DNA from: Candidatus Dormiibacterota bacterium
Lineage (GTDB): Bacteria > Chloroflexota > Dormibacteria > Aeolococcales > Aeolococcaceae
Assembly (NCBI GenBank): GCA_955651875.1
Contig: CATPAP010000285.1
Location: forward strand, 1 to 25,848
Length of the DNA stretch: 25,848 nucleotides
Direction of reading: 5' to 3'
Below the pieces are notes generated by a model. It was not told the DNA's origin. It was given only the letters and a program-made list of their open reading frames with translations, and did no database searches. Positions 16,667-24,275 of this stretch are shown here, piece after piece; within the stretch, counting starts at the first letter, position 1, and every line of letters begins with the position of its first letter. A program made the position numbers and the translations under genes.

Positions 16667-17599
16667 TCATGACGGTGAACCAAGTGGAGTGATCCCCCAT
16701 CTGCTTGAGGTGCTCTCGCCTGGTGCGAGGGTGATCAAGCCGTCTCCGGAGGCGAACGCGTTGGGGGCGCACGTCATCGGCTCGACGGCAACCGATCGGC
16801 GCCGGCGCTTCGCGTCGGGTAGCGAGTCGCCTGTGAAGAGCATGTAGTAGGGATAGCCCTCGTCCAACCACAGACCCACGCCCTGCTCCTCGCGACCACG
16901 CCAGAGCCGGATCCAGGCACGTCCGTCGGCCTCCCGCCTCAGGTCCGTGAAGGCGGTGTCGAGCTCGGTGTCAAGGATGCGGCGGCTGGTGCGGAAATCG
17001 TACTGGGTGTCGGCGACATCCTCGATGCCCACCGGGATACCACGTTCGTCCCCGATGAGCCGCCGGTTGCCCGGCGCCTCGAGCCAGCACTGCTCAACGG
17101 TGTCCGCGTCAGCGCGTAGATAGGGGTGCGCTCCCATTCCGTACGGACAGCGCCGGTCACCGACATTGGTCGCGGTCACCGTCGAGCTGAGGCCGTCTGT
17201 GCCGACGCGGTATTCCACCGACATGCGCACCGCGAAGGGATAGCCGGCACGCGGATGAAGCGTGTGCTCCATGAGCAGGCGATCGTCGGATCGTTCAGCG
17301 ACCCGCCAACTCTCCCAGCGGAGGAAGCCGTGGATGGCGTTCGACTTGTCGGGTTCGCTGAGCGGCACCTGGAACATGTCACCGTCGAATTCATAGCGCC
17401 CGTCGCACAGGCGGTTCGGCCATGGCACGAGAAGCTGTCCACGGGCGCCGTCGCACATCTCGTCCGCCCCGTAACCGTCGAGCAATCGCCGCCCTTCGAC
17501 CTCGTACGAGCGCACCCCGCCAGACACCTCGACGATCACCGCATGGTGACCATCGCGACGCAGGTCGAGCTGCTCACCCGATGGCAAGATGCTTACCAC
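16667..17599 (-). CDS. Aldose 1-epimerase family protein
   Basis: LVPWPNR, NAIHG, GAHPY, LDTAF, AVEPMT. The GTG start overlaps the stop of the upstream kinase. Confidence 0.9.
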   Translation of the reverse strand: MVSILPSGEQLDLRRDGHHAVIVEVSGGVRSYEVEGRRLLDGYGADEMCDGARGQLLVPWPNRLCDGRYEFDGDMFQVPLSEPDKSNAIHGFLRWESWRVAERSDDRLLMEHTLHPRAGYPFAVRMSVEYRVGTDGLSSTVTATNVGDRRCPYGMGAHPYLRADADTVEQCWLEAPGNRRLIGDERGIPVGIEDVADTQYDFRTSRRILDTELDTAFTDLRREADGRAWIRLWRGREEQGVGLWLDEGYPYYMLFTGDSLPDAKRRRRSVAVEPMTCAPNAFASGDGLITLAPGESTSSRWGITPLGSPS

Positions 17600-18390
17600 G
17601 TCTCGGGCAGCTCCCACAGCTTGATTCCACCCAGGAGGCCGGCAGAGTTGTCCACGAGGGACGACTTCGGCCCGAGGTCGATGCTCACGTGCTTTGAGTT
17701 GCCCCCACCGATGTAGACTTGGTCGAAGAAGACAAGACGATCCAGGGTCTCGACGCCAATCATCACGCGCCGGTTCCACTTCTTCTTCGACAGTTTCTTG
17801 CGGGCCGCGTTACCCAATTGCTCGTTGTACGTCTGGCCCTTGCGGAAGGGGTGATGAGCGAACTCGAGATGCGGGGCCAGGCGACCGTCCCGGAACAGAG
17901 CGGTCCCGACCCCGGTGCCGAGTGTGATGACCAGCTCGACACCCTTCCCGCTCACAACGGCTGCTCCCTGCAAGTCGGCGTCGTTCGCGACCCTGGTCGG
18001 CCGGTGGACCGCTCGGCGGATGGCTGCGGCGAGGTCGTGATCCTGCCACGCGGCAACGAGCGTCTTGTCGACCGCCGTGCCCGGGCCTGCCACGCTGACG
18101 AACTCCGGTGCCGACAGCACGCGGCCGTCGCGCACCACTCCGGGAAAGCCGACCGAGACTCGATCAAAGGCCGCCAGTGGGGGGACCATGGTCCCGAGCG
18201 TCGCGACCAGGATCTCGGGCGTCAATGGATAAGGCGTCGGCACTCGCACGCGTTCCGATGTCATCGCGCCCGACGGATCGAGCACGACTGCCTTGAGACC
18301 GGTACCACCGACGTCGATGGCGAGGGTTCGTGGACTCGCGATCGACGGACTCGCTTTCCCACTCGCCCGTCCGGTTGACCTGAGGCTCAT
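17593..18390 (-). CDS. ppgK: ROK-family sugar kinase, polyphosphate glucokinase-like
   Basis: IDVGGTGLK, VGFPGVV, NDAD, TLGTGVG, HLEFAH, YIGGGN, NSAGLLGG. GGAGGA RBS. The symbol is by resemblance only. Confidence 0.8.
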   Translation of the reverse strand: MSLRSTGRASGKASPSIASPRTLAIDVGGTGLKAVVLDPSGAMTSERVRVPTPYPLTPEILVATLGTMVPPLAAFDRVSVGFPGVVRDGRVLSAPEFVSVAGPGTAVDKTLVAAWQDHDLAAAIRRAVHRPTRVANDADLQGAAVVSGKGVELVITLGTGVGTALFRDGRLAPHLEFAHHPFRKGQTYNEQLGNAARKKLSKKKWNRRVMIGVETLDRLVFFDQVYIGGGNSKHVSIDLGPKSSLVDNSAGLLGGIKLWELPETW

Positions 18391-18504
18391 CGTTTTTCCT
18401 CCCGACCGGTTGCTCGCAGTGTGCAGTGTCCTGGTGGCCCTGTGCGGCAACGGTTTCGCCGCGGGTGCGGTCGCCGGCGCCCGTTGCCTGACCCGCGCGC
18501 TCGG

Positions 18505-19302
18505 TCAGCTGCCGCACAGGAAGTCCCCGATCCAGGACAGGGCGCGTCGACACGGCTGAGTCGTGGGGTCGATCGGCTCGAAGTGGCCCACACCCTCGAG
18601 CAGCAGCAGGTCGCCGCAGTCCCCCGCGAGCTGGGCACATTCATGCAAGTGGGCACTGAGGTCCCAGGGCACCGAATCGTCGGAGAGCCCGTGCAGCAGC
18701 AGGTATGGGATGCCGAGTGGCAGGAGCTGCGGCGGCGACACCTCTGCGTACAGCAGCGGCCACCGGTCGGGCTCGCCGCCGACGAACTCCACCGCAGCGC
18801 CGTTGCTCAGTCCGGCGCGCGCTGCCTGCTCGAGGTCGCACACTCCGCCGAGCGAGATGACCGCGGCCGGGGGTGCCGACGGTGTGCCACTGCGGCGGTG
18901 ACGCGCGGCCGCGCACAGCGCGAGGTGGCCGCCGGCCGAGTGCCCCATCAACAAGAGTGGGACACCGCCCCAGCCACGCTCGTGCAGCAAGCGCGCGACG
19001 AAGTCCACGGCGGTGGCGACGTCGTCGACCGTCTCGGGAACACCGCCGCCACACCCCACCCGCCGGTACTCGACGTTCCACGTGGCAACGCCCTCACCAG
19101 CCAGGAACATCGCCAGCGGTTCCATCAGATCGCGCCGATGGCGCTCACGCCAGTACCCGCCGTGGAGGAGAACCACGCAGGCCGACGGAACGCCCTCGGG
19201 CAGCCGCAGGTCGGCGACGCATTCGGGACTCGCTCCATAAAGGTGCGTGGCGGTGGCGGGGCTCACAGCGGAGGCTGTCGCTGGACCGGGCTCACTCGAC
19301 AA
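18505..19302 (-). CDS. Alpha/beta hydrolase (esterase-like)
   Basis: LLHGGYW, NVEYRR, GHSAGG, HGLSDDSV, GHFEPID. Confidence 0.9.
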   Translation of the reverse strand: MSSEPGPATASAVSPATATHLYGASPECVADLRLPEGVPSACVVLLHGGYWRERHRRDLMEPLAMFLAGEGVATWNVEYRRVGCGGGVPETVDDVATAVDFVARLLHERGWGGVPLLLMGHSAGGHLALCAAARHRRSGTPSAPPAAVISLGGVCDLEQAARAGLSNGAAVEFVGGEPDRWPLLYAEVSPPQLLPLGIPYLLLHGLSDDSVPWDLSAHLHECAQLAGDCGDLLLLEGVGHFEPIDPTTQPCRRALSWIGDFLCGS

Positions 19303-19560
19303 AGGGTACCTGCGATCGGCTTGGGCACACAGAGTTGACCGAAACCCTGGCCGCCCCGAGCCCGCGCCGCCATGTCATACATCGCCGTCATGATCTGACC
19401 TCCGCGTCACAAGTCGGTGCGCGATGGATGAAACCGTACTGTTGCGTACTGACCGTTAAGGGGACGGCACACATCGTCGCAGCCTGCCCCGGTCGAGCAG
19501 GCGCCGACCGCGACCAGGGGTCAATGCGGCCGGCCGGCGCGACCTTAGGCAATTTCACCA

Positions 19561-21300
19561 ATGGGCACCAGGCCGGAGACAGATCTCAGCGACCGCGAGG
19601 CGAGCGGTGGCGACGATGTCGTGCTCACAGCGCGAGCCCAGCCCGCGCTGGACGAGGCATCGAATGCTGTGGCAGTCACCGATGCCGACGACATCCTCAG
19701 ATACGCATCGACCTCATGCCTGGCGCGCTTGGGGTACACGGCCGCGGAGTTGATCGGCAAGCCTCTCGCCACGTTGATCCATCCGGAGGATCGGGCGCGT
19801 GCTGCGGCCACGCGGCAGAGCAACGCAACCGCGGTCGAAGGGCGCACCGTCAGCGTGCGCTACCGGTGCAAGGACGGCTCGTATGCCTTGATCGAGAGCA
19901 AGAGCGAAACGGTCATGGACCAGCTCATCGGTGTGATGCTCGAGACCCAGGCGCTGCTCCGTGACGTGGGTCAGCGGAGAGAAGCGCAGGCGACGATCGA
20001 ACGCCAGGCGCTGACCGACTCGCTGACCGGGCTCGCCAACCGCAGCCTGCTCGCGGACCGGTTGAGTCAGGGTCTCAGGCACCTCGAGCGGAATCCGGGA
20101 TTCCTCGGCGTGCTCATGCTCGACCTCGACCACTTCAAGGTGATCAACGACACCCTCGGCCATCAAGTCGGCGACGGCGTGCTGCTCGAGGCTGCGCGGC
20201 GGCTCCAGCGCCTGGCACGCCCAGACGATACCGTGGCACGCTTCGGCGGTGACGAGTTCGTCGTGTTGGTGCAGGGCCTGGGCGACCCCGCCGACCTCAC
20301 GGCCTTTGCTGATCGCGTCGTCGCGGGACTGCGCGCGCCCTACCGGATCGGCAACGAAGAGGTCGTGGCGACGGTCAGTATCGGCATCGCGGTGGCGTCT
20401 CAGAGTGACAGCCTGCCGGCTGATTTGCTCCGTGAGGCAGACATGGCGATGTATCGCGCCAAGGACCGTGGACGCAATCGTCACGAGGTCTATGGTGCGG
20501 CACTTCAAGTGCGGGCCAGGGAACGTCTGGAGACTGAACGCCTGGTGCGGCGTGCCCTCGCCGAGGAACGCTTGGTCGTGGAGTACCAGCCCATCGTGGA
20601 CCTGGCCACCGGCATGACCGTCGAAGCCGAGGCGCTGCTCCGCATCCATGATGTGGAACGCGGCAAGTTCTCGCCCCAGCACTTTCTCGTGGTCGCCGAG
20701 GAGACAGGGCTGCTGCCGGCGATGGATGAGCGAGTACGGGCCACCGCGCTGGCCCAACTGGCGCGGTGGCGCGCAAATCCGTCTTTCAGCGGCGTCAAGC
20801 GCCTCGCCGTCAATCTCACCGCACGCGAGCTGGCCAACCCAGAGTTCGCATCCCGGCTTGCCAGTCGCCTCCACGCCGCGGGCCTGGAAGGGACCGACCT
20901 GAGCATCGAGGTGACCGAACACGTGCTGATGCAGACCTCGCACTCCGCAGTCGCCTCGCTCGCTGAACTCAGAGGCCTCGGTATGCACATCGGGCTCGAC
21001 GACTTCGGCACCGGCTTCTCGGCCCTCTCCTACCTCCAGAGCTTCCCGCTCGACTTCCTCAAGATCGATCGGTCCTTCGTCGAACGCATCTCGATCGACC
21101 ACCGAAGCTCATCAATCGTCGGCGCCATGATTGATCTCGCCCATGCTCTGGGCCTCTCCGTTGTCGCAGAGGGCATCGAGAATGCAGAGCAGCTGGCGGG
21201 CCTCCGCCAGTTTGGCTGCGACCGCGCACAGGGTTTCCTATTCTCGCCGCCGGTGTCCTCTGACGACTTCGCGAAACTACTCGCCGCCGAGTGCGCCTAA
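19561..21300 (+). CDS. PAS-GGDEF-EAL diguanylate cyclase/phosphodiesterase
   Basis: PAS (LGYTAAELIGK..IHPED..KDGS); DLDHFK, RPDD I-site five residues before GGDEF; EAL, EVTE, DDFGTGFS, KIDRSF, EGIE, QGF. Confidence 0.95.
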   Translation: MGTRPETDLSDREASGGDDVVLTARAQPALDEASNAVAVTDADDILRYASTSCLARLGYTAAELIGKPLATLIHPEDRARAAATRQSNATAVEGRTVSVRYRCKDGSYALIESKSETVMDQLIGVMLETQALLRDVGQRREAQATIERQALTDSLTGLANRSLLADRLSQGLRHLERNPGFLGVLMLDLDHFKVINDTLGHQVGDGVLLEAARRLQRLARPDDTVARFGGDEFVVLVQGLGDPADLTAFADRVVAGLRAPYRIGNEEVVATVSIGIAVASQSDSLPADLLREADMAMYRAKDRGRNRHEVYGAALQVRARERLETERLVRRALAEERLVVEYQPIVDLATGMTVEAEALLRIHDVERGKFSPQHFLVVAEETGLLPAMDERVRATALAQLARWRANPSFSGVKRLAVNLTARELANPEFASRLASRLHAAGLEGTDLSIEVTEHVLMQTSHSAVASLAELRGLGMHIGLDDFGTGFSALSYLQSFPLDFLKIDRSFVERISIDHRSSSIVGAMIDLAHALGLSVVAEGIENAEQLAGLRQFGCDRAQGFLFSPPVSSDDFAKLLAAECA

Positions 21301-21506
21301 CCGCACTCAAGGTCCCCCGCTCTGACCGAAACGCCATCGGATGCTCTGATTGGTCCGCGGCGGAATGGGTGCAGGACAGAGGTGCTGTGACGACTCTGCC
21401 ACAGATCGCCGGCGCGACCTTCGCGTCGTAGGCGGCTTCGTACGATCCCCGCCGGTGGCTCACGCTGGCCAGTGACCAGCCAGCCGTCAGGGAATGGAGG
21501 TCAGCT

Positions 21507-21914
21507 GTGAAGCGGTTGCTGGCGGCGCTGGGGGGCGGTGTCGCCGTGTTTGCGTTGATATTTGCCCTGGCGGCCAGCCTCAACCTCACCTCTGACAGCC
21601 TGGGTGCGGGCACTGCGGTCGTCGCGTCCTGCCAGGCCGGCGTCATGAATGCCACGTATACGTCGACGTATTCATCGAGCCTGCCCGGGTACTACGTCGG
21701 GTCTGTCGTCCTCACCGGTCTCACCGCTCCGTGCTACAACCTCCCCTATAAGGTCACGCTGTCCGGCGCGGCCAACGCGTCCCTCGGTGAGGTGACCGGA
21801 ACGACGCCTGGGAGTGGCGCGACCATCACCGTAACGTTCCCGGTCCCACCGGCTGCGGGCAACGCTTCGAGCGCCCTGGTCACGGGAGTGAGCGTGGTCA
21901 TCTCGACACATTGA
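21507..21914 (+). CDS. Small secreted beta-rich protein A1 (putative fibre subunit), 135 aa
   Basis: GGAGG RBS, GTG start, Sec signal, ASLNLTSDSLGAG, Cys42 and Cys76, Thr/Ser/Gly/Val-rich. Confidence 0.85.
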   Translation: MKRLLAALGGGVAVFALIFALAASLNLTSDSLGAGTAVVASCQAGVMNATYTSTYSSSLPGYYVGSVVLTGLTAPCYNLPYKVTLSGAANASLGEVTGTTPGSGATITVTFPVPPAAGNASSALVTGVSVVISTH

Positions 21915-22080
21915 CCGGGTCCGATCCGGAGCGCTGTAGCGCGGACGACCGCCGATGTGACGACCTTGGCACATAACAACTGCCCCAAAACCGCGCCACC
22001 ATATGGGCTACATACGATCTCCGCGGATCGGCCGACGTGAGCCCCAATGCCACGCGGTCCGAGACCATGGAGGATCACCT

Positions 22081-22470
22081 GTGAAACGGTTGCTAGGAGC
22101 CTTGGCCGGCGGTGTTGCCGTCTTCGGCTTGATATTCGCCCTGGCGGCGAGCCTGAACTTCACGTCCGACAGCCTGGGCGCGGGGAACGCAGTCGTCGCT
22201 GCCTGTCAAGCCGGGGTCATGAACGCCCAGTACGCGCACACGTACACCGCGGCGACTCCCGGGTACACCACTGGTATCGTCACGATCACCGGTCTGACCG
22301 CGCCGTGCTACAGCCTCCCGTTCAAGGTCACCCTGTACGGCGCAGCCGGCGCGTCCCTTGGCGAGGTGACCGGGACGACCCCGGCAGCCGGCACCACTTT
22401 CACGGCAACGTTCGCGACCGTTTCCGAGGCGTCGATCACCGGTATTGCGGCAGTCCTCTCAACCCACTGA
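22081..22470 (+). CDS. Small secreted beta-rich protein A2 (close paralogue of A1), 129 aa
   Basis: GGAGG RBS, GTG start; 84 of the first 111 residues identical to A1 by my manual alignment. Confidence 0.88.
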   Translation: MKRLLGALAGGVAVFGLIFALAASLNFTSDSLGAGNAVVAACQAGVMNAQYAHTYTAATPGYTTGIVTITGLTAPCYSLPFKVTLYGAAGASLGEVTGTTPAAGTTFTATFATVSEASITGIAAVLSTH

Positions 22471-22481
22471 GAGCCGGCGAG

Positions 22482-22871
22482 TTGAATCGGGCGGCTCTGC
22501 GTCGACGGCTGCGGCGACTGGCTCCGATCGCCTTCGCCCCGGTCGTCTTCACGAGCGCGATGGCTGCCTCCATCAGTCTCACCACGGATGGACTCGGTGC
22601 CGGCAGGGCTGCGATTCCCCGCTGCAATGCGGGGGGCTTGGAGGTGATCCAGAACCTCACCGGCGCGAACGTGACCAGCGTCACGGTGAAGGCGGTCCCA
22701 GCCGGGTGTCAAGGCCAGACGCTGTCGTTGACGCTCAACAATAACGCCGGGGCCAACAGCGGTGGCAGCAGCGCCGTTCCCGGGGCTGGTTGCCCGTGCG
22801 CTGTGACCGTGACGCTCGGGGCCGCCACTGCCGCCACGCCAAACGAGCAGATCGACTGGCTGATCGCATGA
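22482..22871 (+). CDS. Small secreted protein B (distant paralogue of A1/A2), 129 aa
   Basis: TTG start 11 bp after the A2 stop. Arg-rich n-region, ASISLTTDGLGAG...C, then PAGCQGQTLSLTL matching TAPCYNLPYKVTL. Confidence 0.75.
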   Translation: MNRAALRRRLRRLAPIAFAPVVFTSAMAASISLTTDGLGAGRAAIPRCNAGGLEVIQNLTGANVTSVTVKAVPAGCQGQTLSLTLNNNAGANSGGSSAVPGAGCPCAVTVTLGAATAATPNEQIDWLIA

Positions 22872-23587
22872 GGGCCTGGCGATCGGCGCTTCATCTTCCT
22901 CTTCTCCTTGGCGTGGGGATCGGACTCACGTTGATTCCGGCCGCGGCAGCGAGCATCCCGCTGACGTCAAACAATTACACCCCGTATCGGACCTGCGTCA
23001 TTACGGGGAATCCCGCAAGCACGAGCGACGTCATCGATTCCTACGTGGAGCAGGCAAACCCGGGTACCAATAACGGCGCGCTCGCCACCCTGAGAGTGCA
23101 GTCTGGTCCCGGAGCCCCCCCGGTCAACCAGCGCACCTACGTCAAATTTCTTCTCAGCACGTGCGTGCCGGCGATTCCCGCGTCTGCAACCGCGATCACC
23201 GGCAACCTGCGCCTCTGGGCCTCAACGCTGCCGGGCGGCGCCTGCCGGACGGTCAACGTCCAAAAGGCGACCGCGACCTGGACCGAGCTCGGGATCACCT
23301 GGACAAACCAACCCACCTTCTCCGCTGCCGTGGCCAGCTCGTTCACCATTGGCCCTGTCGGCGGTGGGTGCACGTACCAGGCGGCCGGCTACGTCGATGT
23401 CACCAGCGCGACGATCGATACCAACGTGGCCTCCTGGATCACCACGCCTGCCAACAATTTCGGCTGGGTTCTCAAGGACAAGACGGAGGGGAATGCCGCG
23501 ACCGTCACCACGATCTTCAGTGCCAAGGACCTCGGTACGCTCGCTCAAGCACCGCAGCTCACCGTCACCTACAAGGCCGTGCCATGA
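22868..23587 (+). CDS. Secreted protein C with a DNRLRE/CBM96-like domain, 239 aa
   Basis: ATGA overlap with B. Signal then ASIPLTS. DSYVEQANPGTNNG, RTYVKFLLS, GNLRLW, WTELGITWTNQP fit the DNRLRE/DUF7594 pattern as I recall it. Confidence 0.78.
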   Translation: MRAWRSALHLPLLLGVGIGLTLIPAAAASIPLTSNNYTPYRTCVITGNPASTSDVIDSYVEQANPGTNNGALATLRVQSGPGAPPVNQRTYVKFLLSTCVPAIPASATAITGNLRLWASTLPGGACRTVNVQKATATWTELGITWTNQPTFSAAVASSFTIGPVGGGCTYQAAGYVDVTSATIDTNVASWITTPANNFGWVLKDKTEGNAATVTTIFSAKDLGTLAQAPQLTVTYKAVP

Positions 23588-24114
23588 GCACCGGTCGGCT
23601 CCGCAAGGTGCTCAGTGTCGTCGCGGTGGTGTGCGCCCTGCTCGGGCTGGCATCGCTCTTTCATCCGCTTGGTTTTCCCGGCCCACTGACCGTGACCATC
23701 ATCAAGGGCACCTCCATGCAGCCCGCGTATCGTACCGGGGCCCTTCTGGTGCTGAGAGCGGAGTCAAACTACGCCGTCGGCACCGCGGCCGCCTACCGCG
23801 TTCCCGCAGGCGACCTCGGCGCCGGGAAGATCGTGATCCATCGCATCATCGGCGGCAACGGGACGACCGGCTTTGTCATGAAGGGCGACAACAACAATGC
23901 ACCTGACCCCTGGGTGCCCAAGCAGGCCGACATGGTCGGCGCGGCGTGGATCTACCTTCCATCACTGGGCCAAGGCCTGGTCTACCTCCATCAGCCCGTG
24001 ATCGAGGCCGGACTGGCCTCCTCGATCATGGTCGCGTACTTGCTGGCCCGCAAACCCAAGCAAGAGCGAGCTGACGCCCTCGACAACAGCAGCCCCAACG
24101 TGGAAGCCGCGTAA
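23584..24114 (+). CDS. sipW: Signal peptidase I, Ser-His (SipW/ER/archaeal-type, S26B)
   Basis: ATGA overlap with C. N-terminal TM, GTSMQP (Ser), VIHRI (His rather than Lys), KGDNN..PDP, C-terminal hydrophobic segment. Confidence 0.88.
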   Translation: MSTGRLRKVLSVVAVVCALLGLASLFHPLGFPGPLTVTIIKGTSMQPAYRTGALLVLRAESNYAVGTAAAYRVPAGDLGAGKIVIHRIIGGNGTTGFVMKGDNNNAPDPWVPKQADMVGAAWIYLPSLGQGLVYLHQPVIEAGLASSIMVAYLLARKPKQERADALDNSSPNVEAA

Positions 24115-24275
24115 GGCCGTCCGCGCGACCAGCGCCGCCAGCGTGTGCGCCCGGCTTCGGCTTCTGGCTGTGCCCGAGGCCGCTGCTTCGCCACCCCTGC
24201 CACGGCCCGGTTACCGCGCCGCAACAGGCGTCCGATCCCCTCCAGCCGGGGTCCGAGAACGGAGCAATCTTTCCT

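Noticed and set aside
19714-21102. 462-aa minus-strand ORF
   Set aside because: Antisense shadow of the GGDEF-EAL gene, typical of high-GC DNA.
21301-22080. c-di-GMP riboswitch in the intergenic regions before A1 or A2
   Set aside because: I could not find c-di-GMP-I or -II consensus elements by eye; an Infernal/Rfam scan would settle it.
21507-22871. Type IV/Flp pilins or sortase pilins
   Set aside because: No G|F-x3-E class III cleavage site, no LPxTG or YPKN motifs, and no prepilin peptidase, assembly ATPase or sortase nearby.
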